This document shows positions 1-8,719 of a stretch of DNA of 39,246 nt, piece after piece. Numbering within the stretch: the first letter of the stretch is position 1; each line of letters begins with the position of its first letter. Source of the DNA: an uncultured Clostridia bacterium (GTDB lineage: Bacteria > Bacillota > Clostridia > Christensenellales > UBA1242); assembly GCA_949878595.1 (NCBI GenBank), contig CATLBG010000003.1:1-39246 (forward strand), in the 5' to 3' direction. Under the pieces are notes generated by a model. It did no database searches. It was not told the origin of the DNA and saw only the letters and a program-made list of their open reading frames with translations. A program made the position numbers and the translations under genes.

Positions 1-6
1 GTGCTT

Positions 7-273
7 ATGATTAGAATTTGGGCAAGAACTATGATTGATACAAAAATAACAAAATCTTTTATATATGAAAGTATAGACAATTTTTCAGAAGATAAACTTC
101 GTCTTCACATAGAAAAAATTTGCCATGAAATTGATATTCCAACTCCAATGATATTAAAAAGCCACATAACAAGTTATGTGGACTTTAATAATTGTACATT
201 CACAAAATCTGACTTTGTTGAATCTGTTGATTTTGAAAAACTTATCTTAGAAAACGCTACGATGCAGAATTAA
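7..273 (+). CDS. conserved-looking small hypothetical protein (start may lie at or before the window edge)
   Basis: ORF 1..273; first ATG at 7; RIWA...ICHEIDIPTP...DFVESVDFEKL pattern recalls small uncharacterised clostridial proteins; stop overlaps the convergent gene. Confidence 0.6.
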   Translation: MIRIWARTMIDTKITKSFIYESIDNFSEDKLRLHIEKICHEIDIPTPMILKSHITSYVDFNNCTFTKSDFVESVDFEKLILENATMQN

Positions 274-1268
274 TAATCTGTTTCATCTTCACATCTAAAC
301 ATTAATGAAATATTTCCAAGTGATGCAAATTTTGGCAAAATTGTTTGGAGATATTTTTTTATTCTTTCTGAAATATCTGAATCAAAACCATCAAGCATAT
401 TTTCAATATCTTCTGCACTTTCAAATGCTACAATAAAATCTTGTCCTTCAAAAACTGCCTTTTCACATAGTCCAATAAAAGTCATAACCTTTTTGTAGAG
501 TTTTGAACTTTCTTCACCCTCACTATATTCAATACACTGAACTGCCTCGCCAGAGTATTTTTTTGTCGCAAACAAAATAAGCTTAATATTATTTTCACTA
601 CAGCTAAAAGTCAATTTTTCAATTTCTTCTTTTATTTCTTCTTTTGTGCTTAAGTAAAAATCCCGGCTAATTCCTGCACGCATCATTGCTCCGCCAATTA
701 TAATCTTTTCAAAGTTAGACTTAACTTTGATTCCATTTACTGAAATTATTTTAAAGAAATCATCATCAGCTCTAAAAATTTCAACAATATCAAAATCTGT
801 TAGTTTAAATTTTTCTGCTAAGCTTTTATTAATTTTAATATCGTCAGCTGACTCAACAAATTGTCTTACCCTCAAATAACATTTGCCATCTTGCTCATAA
901 TAAACTCTAGTCTCAATATCAGCAACTTCAATATCTTCTTTATATGATGCAAGTTTCATAGTTCCAAAATCTTCAAGTGATGCATTCTTTAGCTCACCAA
1001 AAACATCAGAATTTCGCTTAATTTTACTGATACATTTGTTTATATCAAATTCTCTAACACTAGGTCTTCCAAACGAGCTTCTTGCTGGTGCATCAACTTC
1101 ACCATAAACAACCTTTAAAATGTAATCAATAAGCTCTTGTTTTTTCATAGTTGTTGGAGATGGTATGCCAAACTTACGTCCAAGATCTCTAAGATCTCTT
1201 ATATTTAATAAAGATAAATTTTTTTCATTGTAAAGAGATTTATCTAAATCTTTGTGAATATTTTTCAT
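270..1268 (-). CDS. Rho-like protein: Rho N-terminal and RNA-binding domains plus a degenerate, truncated ATPase domain
   Basis: LRDLGRKFGIPSPTTMKKQELIDYIL (Rho_N); YLRVRQFVESADDIKINKSLAEKFKLTDFDIV (Rho OB fold); LCEKAVFEGQDFIVAFES aligns to AKRLVExxKDVxILLDS; no Walker A; SD GGAGGA. Confidence 0.7.
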   Translation of the reverse strand: MKNIHKDLDKSLYNEKNLSLLNIRDLRDLGRKFGIPSPTTMKKQELIDYILKVVYGEVDAPARSSFGRPSVREFDINKCISKIKRNSDVFGELKNASLEDFGTMKLASYKEDIEVADIETRVYYEQDGKCYLRVRQFVESADDIKINKSLAEKFKLTDFDIVEIFRADDDFFKIISVNGIKVKSNFEKIIIGGAMMRAGISRDFYLSTKEEIKEEIEKLTFSCSENNIKLILFATKKYSGEAVQCIEYSEGEESSKLYKKVMTFIGLCEKAVFEGQDFIVAFESAEDIENMLDGFDSDISERIKKYLQTILPKFASLGNISLMFRCEDETDY

Positions 1269-1322
1269 TTGTCCTCCAAATTTAGTTAAATTTTAACACA
1301 TTTGAACATTTTTGTCTATGTT

Positions 1323-2795
1323 TTAAGCTAAATTTACAGGTGAGTAGATATATATCTTTTCGCCGCTAGCAAAATTTTCTGCAACTTCATTTTGGCTAGA
1401 TATAACTTCTGGTCTAACATTAAGGCTTCTTGCAACATCAAAAAGAGACTCCCCTTCACTTGTTACATAAACCCTGATTGCACTTGTGGTTTCTTGTTTT
1501 TCTGAAAGAACTTCATATGATTTGACAAATTTTTCACTTATGCCTGTTTCATATTTTGCTGTGCAAGACAAGTTAAACATAACTTCAAGATCTCTGCCTG
1601 CCTTAACTTTGAAAGAAGAAATTTCAGGAACAACTTGAAGTTCTCTAAGATCTGCATCAGTTTCACTTGTTACTTCAATTTTAACCTCTGTGCTAAGAGC
1701 TTCAGAACAAAGTTCTTCTGCTGTCTTATAGATTGCAACCGCCAAAAGAGAACCAGTTGCAACATATGTGTCACCTTGTTTTTCAATAGAAATAAGTTCA
1801 AACTTTGGTGCATAAACACATGAAACATCTTCAAACCCTTCAATCTCTGAAACATCAGAAACGCTTACTGCGGTATCACTAAATGTTTTAACTGAATTGT
1901 AGTTTTTCATTTCAACAAAACTGTAGGCTGTTTGAAGTTCATTTTTTAGTGAGAATAAATCTGTTGTAACTTCATATGTTCCTTCATCATAAATATATGC
2001 TTTTGCAAACATATCAAAAACAAATACAAAATTAGTTTTCTCTTGAACTTCTTCTGCTGTTACTGTTATGTTTTTAACTTCAGCATGAACATCTGGAACC
2101 ATGTTTGGAAGTGTTCCGTTTGCAGCGATTTCTTGCTTAAACTCACAAACCTTTGCAAGTGTGCTAACGCCTGTGCTATCTGCATAAACTGCTTCTGCTA
2201 AAACTTTGCCTTGAACAACAATTTTGTCAACCAAGCAAACAACTTCACTTAAAATTGTTTTTGCTGTGCTAGAAAGAACTCTAACACCTTGAGCATTGCT
2301 TTCAACTTCTTCTGCAACAACAAAGTTGTCTTCTGCATCAGCCACAAACTTTAGAGCACTAAATGTTTTTTTGCTGAGAACAAGCTCATCTTCTGATTCA
2401 GAAAATTCACTGATTTCATATTTAAAGTTTCCACAAACTGAAATTTCATGCTCTAAAAAGCATAAAATTTCATTACCTAAAAATGAATGGTTAGAAACTT
2501 TTACTTCATCTATGCCATGACATTTTTCAAGTGCAAAACTGCTCTGCTGCTTTTCAGAAAAATCTAAAACGCCTTCTGCCGCACTGATATTGCCTTCTTC
2601 TGAAACAAAAACAACATTAACTTTGGTTTTTCCACTAACATGAGTAAACCCGCTTGTGCATTCAGTGTTTGCCACTGCACTTGTTGCTGTTACACTCAAA
2701 ACGGCTTTGATGTTCTCTTCTGTTTGAATTTTAAGCTCTGAAGAAAATTTGTCCATAGTGAATCTTTTTCTTGCTAAAAGTGCTTGTGTTTCCAT
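1323..2795 (-). CDS. SPOCS (DUF3794) repeat + C-terminal LysM spore-coat morphogenetic protein (SipL-like)
   Basis: Repeated beta-rich units (e.g. DKIVVQGKVLAEAVY), C-terminal LysM YVTSEGESLFDVARSLNV...GEKIYI; adjacent to veg; sigmaE-like promoter. Confidence 0.8.
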   Translation of the reverse strand: METQALLARKRFTMDKFSSELKIQTEENIKAVLSVTATSAVANTECTSGFTHVSGKTKVNVVFVSEEGNISAAEGVLDFSEKQQSSFALEKCHGIDEVKVSNHSFLGNEILCFLEHEISVCGNFKYEISEFSESEDELVLSKKTFSALKFVADAEDNFVVAEEVESNAQGVRVLSSTAKTILSEVVCLVDKIVVQGKVLAEAVYADSTGVSTLAKVCEFKQEIAANGTLPNMVPDVHAEVKNITVTAEEVQEKTNFVFVFDMFAKAYIYDEGTYEVTTDLFSLKNELQTAYSFVEMKNYNSVKTFSDTAVSVSDVSEIEGFEDVSCVYAPKFELISIEKQGDTYVATGSLLAVAIYKTAEELCSEALSTEVKIEVTSETDADLRELQVVPEISSFKVKAGRDLEVMFNLSCTAKYETGISEKFVKSYEVLSEKQETTSAIRVYVTSEGESLFDVARSLNVRPEVISSQNEVAENFASGEKIYIYSPVNLA

Positions 2796-2816
2796 AAATT
2801 ATCCCCCATTAGCACT

Positions 2817-2845
2817 ATTCTATTATGCAACAAAACTATTTATGA
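2817..2845 (-). promoter_or_regulatory. sigmaE-like sporulation promoter for the SPOCS-LysM gene
   Basis: Minus strand TCATAAA-14 nt-AATAGAAT fits the ATA-N14-mATAnnnT consensus. Confidence 0.55.
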
Positions 2846-2897
2846 CTTTTTTGAATAAAAAATTTTTTTATGTTAAAAATTAAGTCAAGAGGAGATT

Positions 2898-3137
2898 ATG
2901 AGAAAAGTAAACACAAATGTTTCTACGGTTATTGAAGAAATTGAAAGACTCAAAGGCGAAAACATTTCTATGGAGATTAACAAGGGCAGAAAAAAAATTG
3001 AACGCTATCAAGGAATAATTGAAAATGTTTATCCAAGCATATTCACAGTTAACATTGGTGAGGGCAAAAGCCCACTATCATATTCTTACACAGAAGTGCT
3101 TTGCGGCGATGTGGTGATAAGCAAAATTAATAGTTAA
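2898..3137 (+). CDS. veg: Veg family protein
   Basis: 79 aa, NKGRKK...GIIENVYPSIF...SYSYTEVL; SD GAGGAG. Confidence 0.9.
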   Translation: MRKVNTNVSTVIEEIERLKGENISMEINKGRKKIERYQGIIENVYPSIFTVNIGEGKSPLSYSYTEVLCGDVVISKINS

Positions 3138-3161
3138 ATATAACATTTATAAACAAGCAAT

Positions 3162-3191
3162 AAAAAAGAACAGCGACTGCTGTTCTTTTTT
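3162..3191. terminator. bidirectional intrinsic terminator
   Basis: AAAAAAGAACAGC-GACT-GCTGTTCTTTTTT between convergent genes. Confidence 0.85.
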
Positions 3192-3203
3192 ATGCTCTTT
3201 AAA

Positions 3204-6038
3204 TTATAATTTTGTCCATATTTCATGACGATTTTCTTTAAAATAAACTGCATTTTGCGTTGAATTTGAAACATCAAAAGTTACATCATTAACTTTCCAT
3301 CCATTAATATCTAAAAATGTTACTGAAGTCAAATTACTACAATATGCTAATGCATCTCCTTCCATTTCAATCATTTCATTTGATGCAATTGTTACTTCTG
3401 TTAAACTTCTACAACTACTAAACGCATAAGTATTAATTTCATTAACAGTTGAAGGAATATATACAGATTTCAATCTGCCACATTCACTAAATGCTTGGAA
3501 TCCAATAGATTTCACACCCTCTTGAATTGTTAATGAATCCATACTTGTATGATAAAAGGCATGCGAACCAATACTTGTAACATTTGATGGAATAACAAGT
3601 TCACCACTAAAACTTACTCCTACAAATGCCCGACTTCCTATTTTAGTTACTGAACCATCTGTTGGAATAACTGAATTTTTACAACCTTTTAATAATTCTT
3701 TGTTCTCTTTATTAATTATACAATTAATTTCTATACCTGAATTATTCTTACTTGTAAATACACTATTTCTATCTGCAACTATAATTGAAGTTATTCCACT
3801 ACAACCATTAAATGATTCAGAAGAAATATTATTAATACTAGATGGAATTATAATACTTTTCAATGACCAACAATAGTAAAAAGCATTTTTACCAATACTC
3901 TTAACACCTTCTTCTATCGTTACAGAAGTTACTCCTGAACTATAAAATACTCCCGATTGTCCAGAATTGGAATCTTTTATTCCAACCACAGGTTGGCCAT
4001 TATAGGTTGCAGGTATAACAATATCCTTCACATTTGAATTTTTATTAAATTCTGAGACTTCATAGCCACCATCACACTCTGAAAATATTAAATATGTGTA
4101 TGGGTCTGCTAATACTTCTTCATATGTAAATATAATACTAACATTGCCCGTTACGCTATGGGTTCCACCATTTGTAAAATTTTGATTATTAACTTTAAAT
4201 TCTTTAAGTTCATAGTTGTCTGCAAGTGTATAAGATATTGTTAAACTATCGCCATAATATATTGTGGCATTGCTTGAAAGTGTGCTTCCATTGCGTCTTA
4301 CAGTTACTCCGCTTGGGATTGTGCCTAAACTATATGTTATTCTGCTTCCTTGTTCCCATGATAGACTTGATGTTGATGTTAGACTTAGTGTTATGTTTCC
4401 TGTTACATTTACACTTGAACCACTGCTAAGTGCTGAGTTATTTGCCTTTAATGTGTATGTTGTGGTTTCTTTCTCACTATAATTATAACCTGCCTCTTGT
4501 TTGGTATTTCCAGTGTTTCTTGTTGAGCTTGTTGTATACGTAAAAGTTAATGTGTCACCATAATAAATTGTTGCATTATTAGATAGTGTTGTGCTTCCTC
4601 TCTTTACTGTTACTCCGCTTGGAATTGTGCCTAGGCTATACTCAATTCTTGAACTTTGTTCCCAAGAAAGTGAGGTGCTACTGCTTAACTCTAATGCAAT
4701 ATTATCTGAAACTGTTATTGTTGAACCATTGCTTAAAACTGAGCTGTTAACTTTTAAGACATATGTTGTGGTTTCTTTTTCGCTATAATTATAGCCTGCC
4801 TCTTGTTTTGTGTTGCCTGTATATCTGTTGCTTGTTTCTGTGTAGGTAAATGTTAATTGATCTCCATAATAAATTTTGCTATTGCTATTTAAGACTTCTG
4901 TTCCTCTTTTTACAATAACGCCAGATGGAATTGAGCCTAGGCTATATTCATTTCTCTCTTCTGCATAAATTATGTTTAGGTCGCCTATAACTTTCCATAA
5001 GTCGCCTGTCATATGCTCTGCCCACTCTAATCTAAAGTCTGTTTTATGGTGACCTTCGCTCTCTGTGTATGTTATCTCTAACTCATCACCATATTTTATT
5101 GTGACTCCGCTCTCTAGTGTCTTTCCTTCTCTTTTAACTGTTACTCCGCTTGGGATTGTTAGAGAATACTCTAATAAAGATTCTGTGTAGGTTATTGTTA
5201 AGTCGCCATTTCCTATGAGTTCTATCTCATAATATACTTTTCCATCTTCTTCTACTCTATTTGCATAGGTTAACACATCTGTGGTTGTTCCATTTACTGT
5301 TACCTTGAACTCTGTTATCTCATTACCTGTCTTTGCTGTTGCTCTAAGCCTGATTGTTGAACCATAGTGATAGGTATCATTCAAAGTTACTTTCTCACCA
5401 CCAACACTTACACTTATGCTATCTAGATTGTTGCTATTAGTAAAGCCAAACCTATATTCTTTTTCTACTGCTTTGAAAGTTGGATATATATCAAGGTCTG
5501 ATGTTATGCTTGTGAGGTCTACTGGGTTGCCTGTTTCATCTACCCAACCTGTGAATACATAAGTTGCATAACCTGTTTCTGCTTTGGTTGCGTCTGCTAT
5601 ATTTATATTTGATTTATGAGCTATGTCTGTTTTGGTTTCAACAAGTTCTCTATTATCGTTGTAAATATTTATAGTGTAAGTTATTGCCTCATATGCAATA
5701 TAGATTTTAGACTCATCTGTAACTGTTTCACTATCTGAATATGGATGTTGCATTGCTTCATCTTTATATATGCCTGTGATATTATAGCCATCTATTGCCT
5801 TTAAAACAGTTTTTAATTCACTAATTTTTGTGCCTTCACTCACGCTAAGTGAATAATCTGGAACATTCTCTATTCCACTGCTAACAATAATATTAAATCT
5901 ATTATTGCTTGCACCAGCATTATCTTTTCCATTAGACAATGCTAAAGATGTTGGAACTGCAACTGCTGCAACTGCAACAACTGTTGCCACTCCCACAATT
6001 ATTTTTTTTGTTTTTCCGTTTCCTCTTTCATTTGCCAT
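3204..6038 (-). CDS. modular surface protein: N-terminal signal/anchor, InlB-B-like and 102-aa stalk repeats, C-terminal BspA-type leucine-rich repeats
   Basis: KKIIVGVATVVAVAAVAVP hydrophobic N-terminus; IPSGVTVKRG...IYYGDxLTFTY repeats; LRR motifs such as VTIEEGVKSIGKNAFYYC and IPSNVTSIGSHAF in ~3204-4110. Confidence 0.85.
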   Translation of the reverse strand: MANERGNGKTKKIIVGVATVVAVAAVAVPTSLALSNGKDNAGASNNRFNIIVSSGIENVPDYSLSVSEGTKISELKTVLKAIDGYNITGIYKDEAMQHPYSDSETVTDESKIYIAYEAITYTINIYNDNRELVETKTDIAHKSNINIADATKAETGYATYVFTGWVDETGNPVDLTSITSDLDIYPTFKAVEKEYRFGFTNSNNLDSISVSVGGEKVTLNDTYHYGSTIRLRATAKTGNEITEFKVTVNGTTTDVLTYANRVEEDGKVYYEIELIGNGDLTITYTESLLEYSLTIPSGVTVKREGKTLESGVTIKYGDELEITYTESEGHHKTDFRLEWAEHMTGDLWKVIGDLNIIYAEERNEYSLGSIPSGVIVKRGTEVLNSNSKIYYGDQLTFTYTETSNRYTGNTKQEAGYNYSEKETTTYVLKVNSSVLSNGSTITVSDNIALELSSSTSLSWEQSSRIEYSLGTIPSGVTVKRGSTTLSNNATIYYGDTLTFTYTTSSTRNTGNTKQEAGYNYSEKETTTYTLKANNSALSSGSSVNVTGNITLSLTSTSSLSWEQGSRITYSLGTIPSGVTVRRNGSTLSSNATIYYGDSLTISYTLADNYELKEFKVNNQNFTNGGTHSVTGNVSIIFTYEEVLADPYTYLIFSECDGGYEVSEFNKNSNVKDIVIPATYNGQPVVGIKDSNSGQSGVFYSSGVTSVTIEEGVKSIGKNAFYYCWSLKSIIIPSSINNISSESFNGCSGITSIIVADRNSVFTSKNNSGIEINCIINKENKELLKGCKNSVIPTDGSVTKIGSRAFVGVSFSGELVIPSNVTSIGSHAFYHTSMDSLTIQEGVKSIGFQAFSECGRLKSVYIPSTVNEINTYAFSSCRSLTEVTIASNEMIEMEGDALAYCSNLTSVTFLDINGWKVNDVTFDVSNSTQNAVYFKENRHEIWTKL
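4335..4946 (-). repeat. two tandem 306-bp (102-aa) intragenic stalk repeats, flanked by shorter related units
   Basis: The YSLG(T/S) block recurs at 4321, 4627 and 4933 (306-bp period); GNTKQEAGYNYSEKETTTY is identical in both units. Confidence 0.85.
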
Positions 6039-6117
6039 TATAGATTCTCCTTTGGTTTAATTTTTGACACTCCCTTATTTTACACCTAAACTTTATTGCA
6101 ATGATTATGTCTCTTAT

Positions 6118-6146
6118 ATTATACCCCCTCCCTCGGAACTTTTCAA
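6118..6146 (-). promoter_or_regulatory. sigma70/A promoter of the LRR surface-protein gene
   Basis: TTGAAA-17 nt (AGTTCCGAGGGAGGGGG)-TATAAT. Confidence 0.75.
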
Positions 6147-6262
6147 GTGGTTTGACTCTTTTTATTGGGTTTTTCTGCGTTTTTGCAGTTATCTTTATCT
6201 TGATTATAATAATTATTTGGTTTCTATTGTATTGTTCTGCTTTTTCACATTTTTTTCATAAG

Positions 6263-6290
6263 AAAAACCACCATGAAAGGTGGTTTTTTT
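6263..6290. terminator. intrinsic terminator
   Basis: AAAAACCACC-ATGAAA-GGTGGTTTTT just past the stop of 6301..6903. Confidence 0.8.
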
Positions 6291-6300
6291 ATAATTAATA

Positions 6301-6903
6301 CTACTTTTTGCTTCCAAGCAAATCATCGTCTCCGCCGAAATCATAATCATCATCGTCTTCATCGTCTTCATCATCGTATTCATCAGAAATTTCAACTGTT
6401 TCAAAGTCATCTGCTGATTCTGAAATTTCTTCATCAAGATCTTCTTCTTCATCATCGCCTACAAATGCAAGAGGTTCATCTAAATCATCTTCTATGAGAA
6501 CATCTTCTTTATCCTCTAAAGCATATGGATCGTCATCTTCTGAAATTTCTTCAAAACCAGGATTGTATTCATCTTCTTCATCATCACCATCAATATCGTC
6601 GCTTGCTGAAATAACAGAATCATCTTCTTCATCTGCTTTTTTCCAAGTGGTTTCGGCTGGTTCTTCATTTTCTGAAGAACTTCCATTTTTTTTCTTTTTG
6701 CAATCTTCACACATAGCCTGCTCAGGCTTAATGTAATTAACTCCACAAACTGGGCAAAGTTCAAGATCATCAAAATCTAAGAGTTCGTCCTCATCGCCTT
6801 CTACATGATGCTTCATTTCTGATTTGCAAACATGGCAATAGTCTTCACCCTCTAAAATATAGTTAAGTTCACATCTAGGACATTTAATATATTTTTTACC
6901 CAT
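6301..6903 (-). CDS. hypothetical protein with two Cys4 zinc-ribbon-like repeats and a very acidic tail
   Basis: CPRCELNYI...CHVC and CPVCGVNYI...CEDC; D/E-dominated C-terminal half; SD GAGGGGAG. Confidence 0.75.
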   Translation of the reverse strand: MGKKYIKCPRCELNYILEGEDYCHVCKSEMKHHVEGDEDELLDFDDLELCPVCGVNYIKPEQAMCEDCKKKKNGSSSENEEPAETTWKKADEEDDSVISASDDIDGDDEEDEYNPGFEEISEDDDPYALEDKEDVLIEDDLDEPLAFVGDDEEEDLDEEISESADDFETVEISDEYDDEDDEDDDDYDFGGDDDLLGSKK

Positions 6904-7033
6904 AATATCTCCCCTCGTATTTTCCCATATAGTATAACAAAAATATCTTTTTGTAAACTGATTTTTTTAATTTTTTTACTATTTTATTGTATTATATTTC
7001 TCACAAAATATTCACATTTTTTGAAAGAAAAAT

Positions 7034-7057
7034 AAAGTGAGCATAAAAGCTCACTTT
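7034..7057. terminator. intrinsic terminator after acpP
   Basis: AAAGTGAGC-ATAAAA-GCTCACTTT. Confidence 0.75.
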
Positions 7058-7074
7058 ACTAAAAAATCTTAAAC

Positions 7075-7305
7075 TTATTTTTTATGAGATTCAATAAAAT
7101 CAACAACATCTTTAATTGACTTGATTTGTGGGATAGCCTCATCTGGAATTGAAATCTTAAACTCATCTTCAAGTGACATTAAAATTTCAACTAAGTCTAA
7201 AGAGTCTGCACCAAGATCTTCACCAATATTAGTTGTTTCAGAAAGTTTGCTTGCATCAACTGAAAGTTGGTTAGCAATAATTTCTTTTACCTTATCAATA
7301 GTCAT
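7075..7305 (-). CDS. acpP: acyl carrier protein
   Basis: DLGADSLDLVEILMSLEDEF phosphopantetheine motif; ATG at 7305 follows SD GGAGG. Confidence 0.95.
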   Translation of the reverse strand: MTIDKVKEIIANQLSVDASKLSETTNIGEDLGADSLDLVEILMSLEDEFKISIPDEAIPQIKSIKDVVDFIESHKK

Positions 7306-7378
7306 AAATCTATCCTCCAACTAAACACATATTAGCACATTATAGTAATATTTGCAACAAAAATAACCTTAGATTGAT

Positions 7379-8686
7379 TTATTTTTGTATAGATATGCTT
7401 GTTGCAACAATTTCTACTGGACCATCTGGCTGACCAATAGCTCTGATAATGTTAAATTTCATAACTGAATTTCTCTTGATATTGAAACTTACATCTTCAT
7501 AGCAATATTTATTTAACATATCAACTGTCTGCTCATTTCCATCTAAATCTATATAAGTGAAAGAAACAATCTCGTCACCTCTTTTTAATTTTCCACTAGC
7601 AATTGAACCTGAGGCAACTGACTGAACTATAACTTTATAATTATCAATAAGCTTGTCATTTACCATTACAGAAGAAACTGGATAGTTTTCATCATGAGCA
7701 AATGACACACCAAGATTGATTGAAGTTGCATCACCATCATTCTCAATTATACTTCTTGCAACTCCAAGAGCAAGAGTTCCTGGGATTGCATAAGCTGTGC
7801 CCTCTGCAACAATCGTGTTTGGACCAGACTTTGTTGTGAACAATTTTGAGTTTACAAGACCAATAAATTCACCTTTTGCGTTGAATAGTCCACCACCAGA
7901 GTTTCCTGGGTTTATTGCTGCATCGATTTGAAGTTCTCTACAAATTCTGCCCTCAACACTTATTTCTTTATTTATTCTTGAAATGAGTCCACCTGTTACA
8001 CTAAAACCACCAGAGAGTGAGTTGCCAACTGCAAAAGCTGTTTCACCTATGGCAAGTTTTTGACTATCAGAGGCGTCTACCTGTCCACATGCATCAATAT
8101 TTCTTAGATCTGTTACCTTTAAAACAGCAATATCATAGTTTGAAGAATATCCAACAACAGAAGCTTTTATTGGCTGTAAATAACCCTGAAATTGAACATT
8201 GATTTTATTTAAGTATCCATCAACAACATGATAACAAGTTAAAATATAAACATAATTATCGTCATTATTCTTTTCTAGAATTACGCCAGAACCCATATTT
8301 TCTGAATTGCTATAGAATGAATTATAGTCATAAACATTTCCGCCAGCTGCAATGCAAACAGAACTATATCTGGCTTTTTGAACAGCATGAGTTGAAATAT
8401 TTTCACCAGAAACATTAACAGAATTGTTCCAATAATTAATATATCTATTTCCACCAGTCTTAATATGGTGAATTAAAACCCCTAAGAGCACTATATTTAA
8501 ACAAAACATTAAAGTAACAACGCCAACCAACACCTTGAATGATTTGCCGGTCTGTCTTTCTGAGCCACTCTTTTTAAAAGAAAAGTTTGTTTTTCTTGGT
8601 TCAGGGTCTCTAGAAATTGGAGTGTCATCATAAGGTATTTTTTCATTTCTAGAAAGAAGATCTTTATAATCTTCATTATAGCTCAT
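7379..8686 (-). CDS. membrane-anchored HtrA/S1C serine protease with PDZ domain
   Basis: TM segment; catalytic motifs TCYHVV, YDIAVL, IDAAINPGNSGG; PDZ-like KLKRGDEI. Confidence 0.9.
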   Translation of the reverse strand: MSYNEDYKDLLSRNEKIPYDDTPISRDPEPRKTNFSFKKSGSERQTGKSFKVLVGVVTLMFCLNIVLLGVLIHHIKTGGNRYINYWNNSVNVSGENISTHAVQKARYSSVCIAAGGNVYDYNSFYSNSENMGSGVILEKNNDDNYVYILTCYHVVDGYLNKINVQFQGYLQPIKASVVGYSSNYDIAVLKVTDLRNIDACGQVDASDSQKLAIGETAFAVGNSLSGGFSVTGGLISRINKEISVEGRICRELQIDAAINPGNSGGGLFNAKGEFIGLVNSKLFTTKSGPNTIVAEGTAYAIPGTLALGVARSIIENDGDATSINLGVSFAHDENYPVSSVMVNDKLIDNYKVIVQSVASGSIASGKLKRGDEIVSFTYIDLDGNEQTVDMLNKYCYEDVSFNIKRNSVMKFNIIRAIGQPDGPVEIVATSISIQK

Positions 8687-8719
8687 ACAACAACCTCCTT
8701 TTTGCCCTATTTTACACTT

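Noticed and set aside
6002-6009. A8 tract in the adhesin signal sequence as a phase-variation switch
   Set aside because: A7-A9 runs are frequent in this AT-rich DNA, including in housekeeping genes, and the frame is intact
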